DNA of 64,000 nt from Eledone cirrhosa (GCA_964016885.1 OZ024740.1:202678001-202742000), one strand, 5' to 3'; positions 27,610-42,135 are shown, counted from the first letter of the stretch. The notes: generated from the sequence alone by a model not told the origin. Translations and numbers: made by a program.

Positions 27610-29522
27610 TATTAAAATAATAACAACAAATAAGATAGAATGATGAATTGAGAGGAATTTACAAAAATTATTATTTCATTATTAAGAGGGTATTTGTAAC
27701 GTAACCTAACAAAATGTTCTCATATAAAATTATATAGTGTATACAGCATGGCCTCAGCCGGATGGCTGAAACAGGTAAAAGAGTAAAAGAGTAAAAGAGT
27801 GTACATTCGTAAATATGGGATTTCTTGTAATGTTCTTTTTTTGTCATATATAATGTTTTTTTAAATGTAAAATAAAATTACCATTAGATTCTCCAGCTGC
27901 TGTATCAATATGAATCACAATAAAATTTCGCCGGAGATAGATTAGCAAAATTTAATAAGCGTGGGGTGGGGGTGGAATAAAAACAAGATGGGTTGGAAAA
28001 AATCTGAAAAATTGATAAGCAATGGTGGTGGGGGACGATTATTCAAGACCTGAGAGCACTTGAAATGACCCCTGGTTCTGATACAAAACTATTTGTTTTA
28101 GAATGTTTATATTTATCTAAATACCTTGCCTTGTAAAAATCTTTTAAGTTTTATTCCAAACACCAGTTTAATAATGAGAAAATTATATTAGTAAATCCCT
28201 CCAATTTGCTGATTAATTTGAAAATCATAGGCTGTTTATTTCATTACAAATATAGTAATGAAAGGGTTAAGATGGGTGGTTTTATTTCATAGAACCAGGA
28301 ACAGTTTTGGGCGGGCTAGTATCAAAACGGTTAAATTCTTTGGTCGGTTTAGAAAACAAAAAATTAAATATCATAAAATATAATTTAAACTGAATCAACT
28401 CTTAATTCTATCTGTGGTTATTTATATGCATGTATGTATGTATGTATGTATGTATGTATGTGTAATTATTTACGTGTATGTATGTATGTGTGTGTGTATG
28501 CATGTATATAATATGTATGTCCAGTTCTCGTGTACTATTGTTTGTATTGTAACAGTCTGTTGGGGCAGGAACTATAGAATTGAAGAAACTCTAATGTTGT
28601 GTAGGTGGTGGGGGGGGGGGGGGGTCTTGTGCTATTGTCTGTCATCTGGCTTATTTCTTGGAGTAGCAGTGGTGGAAAATGGTGCTGGTACTGTAGCTGC
28701 TGGTGGGGGTATTGGTGGAGGTGGTGGTGGTGGTGGTGGTGGTTGTGCTGGTGCTGGTGGTGCTGGTATCTGGAGAGTGTTTAGCTACTTGTTATAAGGT
28801 AGAGGGAGATGCAAAAAGTTATGAAAGTAAAAAATGTGGGGTTTTTTTTAATCCTTTTTACTTACTGTTTAGGCAGGAGGCTGAGCTTGTGGTTAGGGTG
28901 TTTAGCGCATTATACCCTTGAGAAAGACACATTTCATGTTGGACCAATCCACTCAGCTGAAAATGAGTGCCAGCAAGTAGTTGGGGATTAACCCTGTGAT
29001 GTCCTGATGGAAAAGACTTGAATTTGCTTAACACCAACAAGACTGGGATAAACTCTGGTCTTAATCCAATCTAGCCCTGTAATGGACTGATGTTCTGTCC
29101 TAGGAAAACATTTGTACTCTCAGATACTTAATACTCATAAACCCGTGGAAGTTCTAGGCTTGATCCAACCCAACCCTGTGATGGACTGGTGTTTTATCCA
29201 GAGAAAGTCCTGTCCTCTTAGTTGCTTAATACTCATAAAACCAAGGTAAGCTCTAACCTGATGGGACTCTGGCTCAGCAGAAACTATATTTTACAAAGCA
29301 ATGTTTGTAAAGAGGGGATGAAGGACTTAGGAATATTCAGTGCAGAGTCTAGAAGGTGAGACAAAAGAGGAGGAGAGGGGCAGACATTAACTAGTAGTTC
29401 AGAAGAGATGAGGCCTTTGAGGTAATGATGATAGGAGAGGGGATATGTATGTCTGTGTGTTAGTAATTACATATATACACACACATTACTACAAATACAC
29501 ACACACATATATATTGTCGTAT

Positions 29523-29698
29523 ACAGGTACAATTCCATTATAACGAATACCATTATAAGGAATTTTTCAGTTTAACAAAATTTCTTTCAATACCAAGCCA
29601 TATAATCAATGTGTTAGGTCGATCTCGTTATAAAGAATTTTCATTACAACAAAATTTCTTTTATACCCTATGAATTTCGTTACAACGGAATTTCACTG
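29523..29698. mobile_element. pogo/Tigger-type MITE
   Basis: Imperfect TIRs CAG...AATTCC.TT.TAACGAA, TA flanks, internal TAACGAA repeats. Confidence 0.6.
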
Positions 29699-29702
29699 TA
29701 TA

Positions 29703-30300
29703 CAGGTTGCTCAGTTCTTTGAGGACATTTGCATGAATTTAATAAAAGACTCATATATCATGAAAGAAGAGCTTTATTTGAGAAAGAATTGGCATGAATA
29801 ATCTTGAGACTCTCCTTGGTGCATCTACTCAAAGAATCTGCTCTTAGCTTCAATTACTGCTTCATTATGCGGTCTGAAATGTTGACATGCTTGAATCAGA
29901 TAATCTTTATCTATTTTGGACATTGCGCTAGGTATGGCAGACTTCAGAGATTTTATAGTGATATGAGGGCATTGATTGACTTCCCTATCAACTATGCCCT
30001 ATTCATAGTAGTCCAACAGATTCACATCTGGAGAGCTATGAGCCTATACATTTGGGGTGATATAATCAAGGAGATGGGTTGTCTCGGTCTTATGAGATAG
30101 CATAGAGTCTTGTTGGTAAGTGTACAGCCTTCTTTTGCTCTCGCTATCTACTCAAGGCCCCACAATCCTTTCCAACACCTTCTTATAGTCAGCAGCCTTG
30201 ACCCTTATGCCTTCAAGAAAGAAATGAGAAGGCATGACATCTCCTTCGCTGCTCGCAACTTCCAGAACCATCACAGTTGCCAGAAACTTTGTGTGCATGA
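29703..30300 (-). mobile_element. Degenerate mariner transposase remnant
   Basis: Minus-strand SSPDVNLLDYY.*GIV; begins TA-CAGG. Confidence 0.6.
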
Positions 30301-30756
30301 CTGTTAGAATGTCTTTTAGGGCCTTTGCTTAAGCATCTATCATAGTAGAAGGTGCTATGCAGTAGGCTTAAATGTGAGACCACATGGTTGTGAAGCAAAC
30401 TCCTTGACCATAGAGCCATGCCTGCACACACATATATCATCATAATTTAACATCCACTTTCCATGCTAGCATTGGTTGGACAAGTCATCGCAATCTGATA
30501 CTAGACAGGTCAGAAATATCACATCTTGCCCATATCTTCCATATTTCGGCATGTTTCTATAGTTGGATACCCTTCCTAATGCCAACCACCTTACAAGGTG
30601 CACTGGGTACATTTTTTCATGGCACCAGCACTACCAATTTAAAGAGTATACTGGGTGCATTTTATTGTGGTGCCAACACTATATATATGTATACCATTGT
30701 TCTCTGAATTCTTGTTATAATACCATTTCTTTGAGAAACTTTTTAAAACCAAAACT

Positions 30757-30796
<40 letters not shown>

Positions 30797-30895
30797 TGTG
30801 TGTGTGTATATATATGTGTGTGTGTGTATATATATATGTGTGTGTGTGTGTATATATGATGATGATATATTTATTTCTGTTGTATTTTTATTTAG

Positions 30896-31030
<135 letters not shown>

Positions 31031-31115
31031 TAGCATTTTATTCTTTGCTGTTTTCTACATTTTTCTCTCATTTCTTTCTATCTCTATATATCTCTTTATC
31101 TCTATATCTATCTCT

Positions 31116-31187
<72 letters not shown>

Positions 31188-31318
31188 CGTCTCTCTCTCT
31201 CTTTCTCATTCCGCACTCTTTTGTCTCTATTGTGAAGAAACAATAGCCTTCAATTATGGTGTGATGCAAGGTCTTGCTAAAAATACTCACACACGTAAAT
31301 ATACAGCCACATGCATAT

Positions 31319-31362
<44 letters not shown>

Positions 31363-31652
31363 CCAAATGTTCCCCATCATGCAGTCATTGAAGACATACA
31401 TTCTTTACATCTCTCTTTCTGAAACAATTACATCTTTATGTGTTATTTTTATCATCATTATTGTTGTTGTTGTTGTTGTTATTATTGTTGTTTTTATTAT
31501 TATTATTATTATTATTATTTTTGTTTTTTATTATAATTTTTATTTTTACATATTTAAAAAACATTTGAAAATGAAATCTTGCTGTCATTATTACTTGCAA
31601 CACAAATCCCTCCTGAAAAAATATTATTTTCAGCATTTTTCAAAAAAGTTAT

Positions 31653-31705
<53 letters not shown>

Positions 31706-32039
31706 TACGCACTCTGTTTTTGTTGCTTATGAATGCTTTACCCCAGATTTGCTGTCCCCATCACTGTTATCGCCACCACCACCATCACGATGATGGTCAT
31801 TGTATATGTGTTTATACACACACACACCTATAAGTGTGTATGCGTGTTAGTGTGTAAAATGGTCAAACAGTTGGTGAAATGTCACAAACGGTAGATCATC
31901 ATCATCATTTGTATGTCTGCTTTCCACATTGGTATGGCATGGACGGGTTATCACATTCCAAGGCTAGCAGGGTCAGGTGATTACATCCTGATCATACATT
32001 CCATATTTGGCATGGTTTCTCCAGCTGGATGCCCTTCTT

Positions 32040-32425
32040 AATGCCAACCACCTTATAGAATGGATTGGATGCATTTCTTTATGACAACAGCATTACCACT
32101 TTACAGAATGGATTGGGTGCATTATTCATGGTGCTAGCACTACCACTTTGCAGAGTGGACTGAATGTGTTTCAGTATAGCACTAGAATTACCACTTTATA
32201 GAGTGGACTAGGGTTATTTTATTATGGCACCAGCACTACCACTTTACAGAATGTACTGAGTGCATTTCTTTATGGTAACAGCATTACCACTTTACAGAGT
32301 GGACTAGGTGCATTTTATTGTGGCACCAGCACCACCACTTTGCAAAGTGGACTAGGTATATTCTATTGTGGCACCGGTACTACTACTTTGCAAAGTGGAC
32401 TGAGTGCATTATTCATGGCACCAGA
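32040..32425. repeat. About 50-bp degenerate tandem repeat derived from a retroelement 3' tail
   Basis: Repeated ACCACTTTACAGAGTGGACT...GGCACCAGCAC following CTGGATGCCCTT. Confidence 0.7.
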
Positions 32426-33122
32426 ACTAAAGTGTCAGAGAAGCTGCTATACACCATTTATTTTGGCTTCTTGCAGTCTGAGTTTAAATCCCACCATTGT
32501 CACCTTTGCCTTTCATCCTTCCAATGTTAATATAAATAATATACCAGACTGGAGTAGTGGATTGATGGTGTTGTTAGTATTGGATATGGTGTCTTGTATT
32601 TATCAGAGTGCACAGATGAGGTCTGTGGCTTGAGACCGTCCCTCCCTCCCACCTGTCTTGGAGGTCCCTTAAAAGAGTCATAGTCTCTGCATCTCTCTTA
32701 CTGACTAAGCAGTAAAAAACAGTCTGTTCTACCCTCTGTTTACTAAATTAAAGTTAAGTGGGATTTAAACATCCTATACTGTATGAAATCGCATTTCATA
32801 CAGCATATTTTCCCGATGATCTGTCTTCTAGTAAAAATACTATATTCATTTGATTTAACAAACCTATTTTTAGACATTTTCTCCTAAATCATTACAGTGT
32901 GTTAAAATTTAATTAACAACCACACATATTCAACATTATTTTTAGCATAATTGACTGTGTCATTCACAATAATCTGCCCACTAGTAAAGATACTATAAAC
33001 ATTTGAATTAACAAACCCAAATTTAAATATTTTCTGTTAAATCATTACAGGATGTTAGGAGTTAATATCCATGTTCCATTTCTCATCTGATCTGTGTTAC
33101 TGTTTGTTACACCTTGTTACAG

Positions 33123-33355
33123 AATGTGAGAACTTGATCACTCAAATGTTAGTAGTTGACCCTGTCAAACGAATATCTATCGAGCAAGTCATCAACCACA
33201 AGTGGATGAAGATTGGTGGTGCTGACAAGGTGTTTGAGCAACTCATTTCAAATTGTAATGGTTCATCGGAACTGAGCCATGAAAACAATCATCTCAACGA
33301 GCAGGTACTCAACTACATGGAGAGCTTCAGTCTAGACCGAGAACGAACTGTTGAG
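33123..33355 (+). CDS. SIK3: SIK3-like exon: end of kinase domain and start of UBA domain
   Basis: CAG/GTAATC boundaries; ECENLITQMLVVDPVKRISIEQVINHKWM...LNEQVLNYMESFSLDRERTVE. Confidence 0.93.
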
Positions 33356-33905
33356 GTAATCATCTTATCTATATCTTATCTGTTGTATTTGGTAATGTTC
33401 TTGGAATAAACCCTTTATTCAAACCATGAGAATAGATTGTCCCCATTATGTGTCCATACCTGGACAATCCTTATGAGAATTTTTTTGTGGGAGCAAATGC
33501 TTGTTCCACTTAACTTACTGAAGACCAAATAACATCACAATAATGAAATAATTAATAATTTTAGTAAATCCTTCCAGCTTCTTCATTAAGTAATTGAGAA
33601 GCAGTTTATTTCATGAGAAATATGGTCACAAAAAATAGTTAGTCTAGAATATATATATATCCAATATAGGTTTGTTCTTCTTTTTCTTGATTTATTACTT
33701 TAAATTAAGTCTGGCAAACCATATTGTTATAGTTAGTATTTTTCTCACCCTAGTGAACCTGGTCCTTTATAATTTGAACGCATGTATGTTTATATTTGTG
33801 TTTATCTCTCTTGTATATTCAATTATATTACACGGCTCAGAAAAATTTCTTTCTTGGAGCTATTTAATTGTAAGAGACTATTTTTAGTTTCTAACTCAAT
33901 ATCTG

Positions 33906-33947
<42 letters not shown>

Positions 33948-35007
33948 ATTAACCCATGCTAGCATGGAAAATGAACGTTAAATGATGATGATGATGATAT
34001 ATATATCATCATCATCATCGATTGAATTCACACCCACTAAGTAAACTTCCACACTTAACCAACACTTATATTGACTATATTATTGTCTTGCAGGACAAGA
34101 TGGTGGAAGTAATAATAATATTTCATTCTCTCTTTTTATATCTATCTGACCATTCTTAATCTATCCAATTCTGCTAAGGGAAAATTGAAGCATGTCCAAT
34201 GCTTTCACCAAGTTGGCTTACAGACAAGGTCAACTCCCACTGCATTAATTTAAATTGTTCCAAAAGACTTTGATCAGCCAATGTTATATGAGTTCTTTGC
34301 CTTGCTTGCTTTCCATCACCTGAACACCCCTAAAAAGAATATCAATATTGATATTTTGTGGATAATTGCAGTTGGTTGAAATTTTTCCCCTATTCACCAT
34401 ATTCAGACAGTGAGACTTTATATATAGGTAATAATGATAATTTCACATCTCAAAAATTCAAACAAAAATTGTTGTTGAAATATTTAATTCTTGAGTGAAG
34501 TTTTGTCACAGCAAAAATAATTGAAGTCTTTTCATCCCCCAATGACCACATGTGGCTTAGTAGTTAGGATACTGAGCCAATGATCGTAAGGTCATGGATT
34601 TGATTCCTGGACCAGGTAGCATGTTGTGTCCTTCTTCAGCAGACCCATTATTTCATGGTGCCAAGCTATATCAACCTTTGCCTTGGACTTGCTCAACATT
34701 AGTGGCATAGAGAAGGGAAACTGGCATGCTATTCCTCCATAAAAACACTATTCCCAGACCTCCCAGGGTTACTCATCAATACAAAACCCATGGCCAATCA
34801 TGACCAAAGGAGACCCTTTCCTTTTCCATCCCCTTATGTTTATAATGTTGGAAGGGTGTTTGGGAATCACCAATGTCACTTTTCCTGATGATATAGATAG
34901 GCATTACTGTAACCGTCCATTTCTCCTGACCTTCAGTAATGAAGATGGGAAGAGACAAAAATGTTTTAGATGTTTTATTAAATGTTGTTGCGTTTTCTTT
35001 GTTCTAG

Positions 35008-35182
35008 GCTGTGAAAACTGAAGCGTATGACCACCATAGTGCCATTTACCATCTTCTACTAGACAAATGTAAACGACATCCAAAGACTTTATCTAATAAG
35101 TTATCTAATCCAGCCACTCTAGGTTCAAGTTTGCCTCTTGCTATTCGAACTGAGCGGCGTTCAAGTATTACAACTGGTGTTG
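35008..35182 (+). CDS. SIK3: SIK3-like exon: end of UBA domain (AYDHHSAIYHLL) and RRSSITTG
   Basis: TAG/GTAAGT boundaries, 175 bp, phase 0 to 1; resembles SIK3 AYDHYSAIYSLL. Confidence 0.9.
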
Positions 35183-35495
35183 GTAAGTTTTCGTAATAAA
35201 TCTCTCATACATACATCCATTCACTTGTACATACATATGCACATAGATACATACGTACATACATACATAGATATGTACGTACATACACACACACACACAT
35301 ACATTTACTCATTGAAAAAAGAAACCAATAATTGTTCCATTACATGAACTTGTTAACTCTGCAGCCAAATAAAATAAATTAGTAAGTTAGAATCATCTAA
35401 CATAGGTTCACTAGATTGATGGAATTAATACCAATGTCTTTTGTCTTTGTGAATTCTTCAGTGTTCTAATTCTCTTATAATTTTTTCCTTTCTAG

Positions 35496-35617
35496 TTGAA
35501 CGTGTAGAAGTACCTGTGGAGGTCCTCGACAAACCAACTCCAAAACACTTGGCTCCCTCAACTCTGGCAGCTCTTCCGCAGTTAACTTACTTTACTGATG
35601 CAGCACAAATTCCTGAT
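35496..35617 (+). CDS. SIK3: SIK3-like exon (VERVEVPVEVLDKPTPKH...AAQIPD)
   Basis: Polypyrimidine-TAG acceptor, GTAAGT donor, open frame and phase-compatible with both neighbours. Confidence 0.8.
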
Positions 35618-35869
35618 GTAAGTTATTCCACTTTACAAACCTTCCCATTCACTTTCAGTTAATATTTTCTGGGTTTTCTTTGAAATTCTTATTTTTATTT
35701 TGAATTTCAGAATTGTAATTGTTTGACAAGGGTCTTGATTTGGGATCATGTATTAAAACCATATTAGTTATATTGTGGGAAAATGACAATAGGCCAATTA
35801 AATACACACATACACACCACCATAATATTCACTTTTAAAATAGTATCACATACTATAAATGTCAAAATC

Positions 35870-38795
35870 TTGTCATACATCTACAATACATTGTCACTCC
35901 CCATCATACATCTACAATACATTGTCAGTCTCCCATCATACATCTACAATACATTGTCACTCTCCCATCATACATCTACAATACATTGTCACTCCCCATC
36001 ATACATCTACAATACATTGTCAGTCTCCCATCATACATCTACAATACATTGTCAGTCCCCATCATACATCTACAATACATTGTCAGTCTACCATCATACA
36101 TCTACTATACATTGTCACTCTCCCATCATACATCTACAATACATTGTCAGTCTCCCATCATACATCTACAATACATTGTCACTCCCCATCATACATCTAC
36201 AATACATTGTCAGTCCCCATCATACATCTACAATACATTGTCAGTCTACCATCATACATCTACTATACATTGTCACTCTCCCATCATACATCTACAATAC
36301 ATTGTCAGTCTCCCATCATACATCTACAATACATTGTCACTCCCCATCATACATCTACAATACATTGTCAGTCTCCCATCATACATCTACAATACATTGT
36401 CACTCCCCATCATACATCTACAATATATTGTCAGTCACCCATCATACATCTACAATACAATGTCACTCCCCATCATACATCTACAACACAATGTCACTCC
36501 CCATCATACATCTACAATACATTGTCATTCTCCCATCATACATCTACAATACATTGTCACTCCCCATCATACATCTACAATACATTGTCATTTTCCCATC
36601 ATACTTCTACAATACATTGTCACTCCCCATCATACATCTACAATACATTGTCACTCTCCCATCATACATCTACAATACATTGTCACTCCCCATCATACAT
36701 CTACAATACAATGTCACTCCCCATCATAGATCTACAATACATTGTCATTCTCCCATCATACATCTACAATACATTGTCACTCCCCATCATACATCTACAA
36801 TACATTGTCACTCTCCCATCATACATCTACAATACATTGTCACTCCCCATCATACATCTACAATACATTGTCACTCCCCATCATACTTCTACAATATATT
36901 GTCACCCTCCCATCATACATCTACAATACATTGTCACTCTCCCATCATACATCTACAATACATTGTCACTCTCCCATCATACATCTACAATACATTGTCA
37001 CTCCCCATCATACATCTACAATACATTGTCACTCCCCATCATACATCTACAATACATTGTCACTCTCCCATCATACATCTACAATACATTGTCACTCTCC
37101 CATCATACATCTACAATACATTGTCACTCCCCATCATACATCTACAATACATTGTCACCCTCCCATCATACATCTACAATACATTGTCACCCTCCCATCA
37201 TACATCTACAATACATTGTCACTCCCCATCATACATCTACAATACAATGCCACTCCCCATCATACATCTACAATACATTGTCACTCCCCATCATACATCT
37301 ACAATACAATGCCACTCCCCATCATACATCTACAATACATTGTCACTCCCCATCATACATCTACAATACATTGTCACTCCCCATCATACATCTACAATAC
37401 AATGTCACTCCCCATCATACATCTACAATACATTGTCACTCCCCATCATACTTCTACAATATATTGTCACCCTCCCATCATACATCTACAATACATTGTC
37501 ACTCTCCCATCATACATCTACTATACATTGTCACTCTCCCATCATACATCTACAATACATTGTCAGTCTCCCATCATACATCTACAATACAATGTCACTC
37601 CCCATCATACATCTACAATACAATGTCACTCCCCATCATACATCTACAATACATTGTCACTCCCCATCATACATCTACAATACATTGTCAGTCTCCCATC
37701 ATACATCTACAACACAATGTCAGTCTCCCATCATACATCTACAATACATTGTCACTCCCCATCATACATCTACAATACAATGTCACTCCCCATCATACAT
37801 CTACAATACAATGTCACTCCCCATCATACATCTACAATACATTGTCACTCTCCCATCATACATCTACTATACATTGTCACTCTCCCATCATACATCTACA
37901 ATACATTGTCAGTCTCCCATCATACATCTACAATACATTGTCACTCCCCCATCATACATCTACTATACATTGTCACTCTCCCATCATACATCTACAATAC
38001 ATTGTCAGTCTCCCATCATACTTCTACAATATATTGTCAGTCACCCATCATACATCTACAATACATTGTCACTCCCCATCATACATCTACAATACATTGT
38101 CAGTCTCCCATCATACATCTACAATACATTGTCAGTCTCCCATCATACATCTACAATACATTGTCAGTCTCCCATCATACATCTACAATACATTGTCACT
38201 CTCCCATCATACATCTACAATACATTGTCAGTCTCCCATCATACATCTACAATACATTGTCAGTCTCCCATCATACATCTACAATACATTGTCACTCCCC
38301 ATCATACATCTACAATACATTGTCAGTCTCCCATCATACATCTACAATACATTGTCACTCCCCATCATACATCTACAATACATTGTCACTCCCCATCATA
38401 CATCTACAATACATTGTCACTCCCCGTCATACATCTACAACACATTGTCACTCCCCATCATACATCTACAATACATTGTCACTCCCCATCATACATCTAC
38501 AATACATTGTCAGTCTCCCATCATAGATCTACAATACATTATCAGTCTCCCATCATACATCTACAACACAATGTCACTCCCCATCATACATCTACAATAC
38601 ATTGTCAGTCTCCCATCATACATCTACAATACATTGTCAGTCTCCCATCATACATCTACAATACATTGTCACTCCCCATCATACATCTACAACACATTGT
38701 CAGTCTCCCATCATACATCTACAACACATTGTCAGTCTCCCATCATCCATATACAATGTAGTCCCAGTCTTCCATCATACATCTACAACATTGTC
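35870..38795. repeat. 31/32-bp minisatellite (CCCATCATACATCTACAATACATTGTCACTC) filling an intron
   Basis: Tandem periodicity; explains the three overlapping long pseudo-ORFs. Confidence 0.97.
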
Positions 38796-38862
38796 ACCGA
38801 CTCTGTGGAACAGATAAAGTAACTACTATGACTCCATCATGATGTTTGTGTGTTTGTTTCAG

Positions 38863-39190
38863 TCGGATGCAACTTCTCAACAATCTGACTCTGACAGTGA
38901 AGAGCCATCTCCAGAGGCACTGGCCCGCTACCTAGCCATGAGGCGACACACAGTCGGTGTGGGAGATGCACGGCACGAGGTTTTGGAAGATGTCCGAGTA
39001 AAATTAGCGAACCATCAACCGATCATAGCAACCCCTCCACAACAGAACTATTTGATGCCATTTGGGGCACCACTACCAAATACTAACCTTCCACAGAATG
39101 TTCCTCATCTCTTACACAATGAAGTGCCAGCTTCTCCAACATTACAACGTGATCAAAACTTACTCTTGCCTCCACCAATACTTGGCCCAG
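38863..39190 (+). CDS. SIK3: SIK3-like exon (SDSEEPSPEALARYLAMRRHTVGV; PKA/14-3-3 site)
   Basis: CAG/GTATGG boundaries; EEPSPEAL.RYL.MRRHTVGV is characteristic of SIK3. Confidence 0.93.
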
Positions 39191-39216
39191 GTATGGCATT
39201 TATTTCTTTATCTCAC

Positions 39217-39835
39217 ATAACCACAGTATTGGTAGTTACCAGTTATTTCTATTAGTCATAGCTACAGCCTTGGTGGCTACCAGTAACTTCTATCAGTCAT
39301 AGCTACAGCCTTGGTGGCTACCAGTAACTTCTATCAGTCATAGCTACAGCCTTGGTAGCTACCAGTAACTTCTATCAGTCATAGACACAACCTTGGTAAC
39401 TACCAGTAACTTCTATCAGTCATAGCTACAGCCTTGGTGGCTACCAGTAACTTCTATCAGTCATAGCTACAGCCTTGGTAGCTACCAGTAACTTCTATCA
39501 GTCATAGACACAACCTTGGTAGCTACCAGTAACTTCTATCAGTCATAGACACAACCTTGGTAACTACCAGTAACTTCTATCAGTCATAGACACAACCTTG
39601 GTAACTACCAGTAACTTCTATCAGTCATAGACACAACCTTGGTAGCTACCAGTAACTTCTATCAGTCATAGCTACAGCCTTGGTAACTACCAGTAACTTC
39701 TATCAGTCATAATTACAGCCTTGGTAACTACCAGTAACTTTATCAGTCATAACTACAACCATGGTAACTAGCAGTAACTTTATCAGTCATAGCTACAGCC
39801 TTGGTAACTAGCAGTAACTTCTATCTCAGATAACC
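39217..39835. repeat. 41-bp minisatellite (AGTCATAGCTACAGCCTTGGTGGCTACCAGTAACTTCTATC)
   Basis: About 15 tandem copies. Confidence 0.95.
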
Positions 39836-39959
39836 ATAACACTGGTATTAAAAAAGTTAGTTTTTCCCAACACTGCTTGTGATTTTTAAATAATTCTGAA
39901 AATAATCAAGCATTTGAAAGGACTTAGTAATATGAGAAACCTTTTCATTATTAAGCTGG

Positions 39960-40178
39960 CTACATTTGGCACAAGGCCAGCAATTATCCTAGTGCATTAC
40001 TGGTACTTTATTTTATCGACCCCGTAAGGATGAAAGGCAAAGTTGACCTCGGCGGGATTTGAACTCAGACTGCAAATCTCGCCGAGGTCAACTTTGCCTT
40101 TCATCCTTACGGGGTCGATAAAATAAAGTACCAGTAATGCACTAGGTAATTGCTGGCCTTGTGCCAAATGTAGAAACA
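39960..40178. mobile_element. Fold-back SINE family B insertion
   Basis: About 100-bp near-perfect arms; 13-bp TSD ATTATTAAGCTGG. Confidence 0.85.
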
Positions 40179-40422
40179 ATTATTAAGCTGGTGTTTGGAA
40201 AATAACTTAGCTTCTTACATAAAATTATGATAAAAGGTTTTTAGATAAATACTCTTCAAAATAAACAGGTTTGTATCACAAAACCATGGATAGTTTTAGA
40301 TTATTTGGTATCAAAAAGGTTAGAATAAACAGTTCTGTATCACAAAACCAGGGAGAGTTTTAGATGGTTTGGTATCAAAAGGGTTAAACTGTTGGTTCAT
40401 GATCTTTATTTGTTTTTTCTAG

Positions 40423-40532
40423 GATCTTCCAACTTCTGTCGACGTGCATCCGATGGTGGTGCTAATATTCACTGCTTCCAGCGACATTTTCAACAGCAAT
40501 CACAGATGAACAGTAAAGATGGTCTTTGCACA
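40423..40532 (+). CDS. SIK3: SIK3-like exon (CRRASDGGANI; PKA/14-3-3 site)
   Basis: TAG/GTATGT boundaries, 110 bp; RRASDGGANI is a SIK3 hallmark. Confidence 0.93.
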
Positions 40533-40574
40533 GTATGTTAATTACATTATATCAACCACTAATTATTATTATTT

Positions 40575-41300
40575 TGCCTTTCATCCTTACGGGGTCAATA
40601 AAATAAAGTACCAGTAACACACTGGGATAATTGCTGGCCTTGTGCCAAAAGCAGAAACAATTATTATTATGATTGTGGATTTGCAGTATCGGTAGAGTCT
40701 CGGACAATATGCTTTGTGCTATAGAGTTACTGCCCTTTAAGTTCTAAGTTCAAATGCTGCCAAGGTTAGCTTTGCTTTTCATCCTTACGGGGTCAATAAA
40801 ATAAAGTACCAGTAACGTAGTGGGGTCGATTTAATCGACTTTCCCCTACCCCAAAATTGCTGGCCTTGTGCCTACATCAGGAACCATTATGATTATAATT
40901 GAAGGTTAAGGCAGTAGATTGGCAGTATTGGGAGAGTGTTGGAGAACATACTTTCTGGCATATAGTCACATTCTGAGTTCAAATGCTGCTGAGGTTAGCT
41001 TTGTCTTTCATTCTTTCAGGGTCAATAAAATAAAGTACCAGTAACTCACTGGAGGTGATTCAGTTGACTTTCCCCTCCCCCAAAATGGTTGGTCTCAGAA
41101 ACCCTTATTGAACATTGAACAAAATACTTTGCAACATTTGTTCTGACTCTTTACATTCTGAGTTCAAATCCTGCCAAGGAAACGTTGCCTTTTATTTTTC
41201 AGGGGTCAATAAAATAAAGCACCAGTTAAGTACTGAAATTAATATAATCAACTTCTCCTCCGTTCAACATGCAGGCCTTGTGCCTAAATTAGAAATTATA
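40575..41300 (+). mobile_element. Head-to-tail cluster of four SINE family B copies
   Basis: Repeated GGGGTCAATAAAATAAAG-type domain. Confidence 0.75.
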
Positions 41301-41998
41301 CTATTATTGTATATAATTAGTGAGGGTGTATGGCCTAGTGGTTAGGATATTGGACTCACAATCGTAAGGTCACAGGTTCAATTTCCATACCAAGCACCCC
41401 TTTGACACTTGACACAAGATTCTTCATTTTACACTGTCCCCTCAAGTCCCCTCAACTGTAAAAAAAAAATAGTACCAGCAGCAACAGCTAAGGATGGACT
41501 CTACTGTGGACTGGGGTTATATCTAGTGAAGAGCCTTATACTCTCTGGGCTCGTGAGTGAGGCTTTGTATGATCAGAAAGCATTGTTAGCCAGAGTGAAG
41601 TGTTTTCTATGTTGGGATTGTATTTCACCATCATAAGATACCTGGTTCAATCCCACTGCTTGGCTTCTTAGGCAAGTGTCTTTCAACATAACGTCAAGTC
41701 AAATTGAGCTTCGTCATTTAAACTACATAGGTGGATCTTCCAGATTTTACTCAGACAGCATTGGTCTACCTGATACTTTATTAGAAGAAACTTGCCAAAG
41801 GTGCCACACAGTAGGATTGAACCGCAAACCACATGGCTGCAAAACAAACTCCTTAACCACATAACTAACCATGCCTGCACCAATGGAAACTTTAAAAAGT
41901 TTTTTTAAGCAAATGCCTAAATTTTCAGACTCTTCCAATGCAGTTTATTCTAGAATGTTAGTTCTTGCAGCTAATGTAAAGTTATTTGTTTGTTTCAG

Positions 41999-42135
41999 AC
42001 ACCCTCATCTACATCTCTTGCTGTTCTTACACTTCCTGTGGCATTGCTCCCTCACTCTGTTGTTGATAGCAATGGAGGAGGGGCAACTGACGAAGGTAAT
42101 TCTGACCAAGAACCTGATAATGAAGCAGTCCTCAA
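41999..42135 (+). CDS. SIK3: SIK3-like exon (TPSSTSL...SDQEPDNEAVL)
   Basis: CAG/GTAAGT boundaries, phase 0 to 2, joins the next exon in frame. Confidence 0.82.

Noticed and set aside
35783-38822. Three overlapping long ORFs (up to about 990 aa)
   Set aside because: Translation of a stop-poor 31/32-bp satellite inside a SIK3 intron.
35870-39835. CRISPR-like periodicity
   Set aside because: Units are contiguous with no unique spacers; eukaryotic context and no cas genes.
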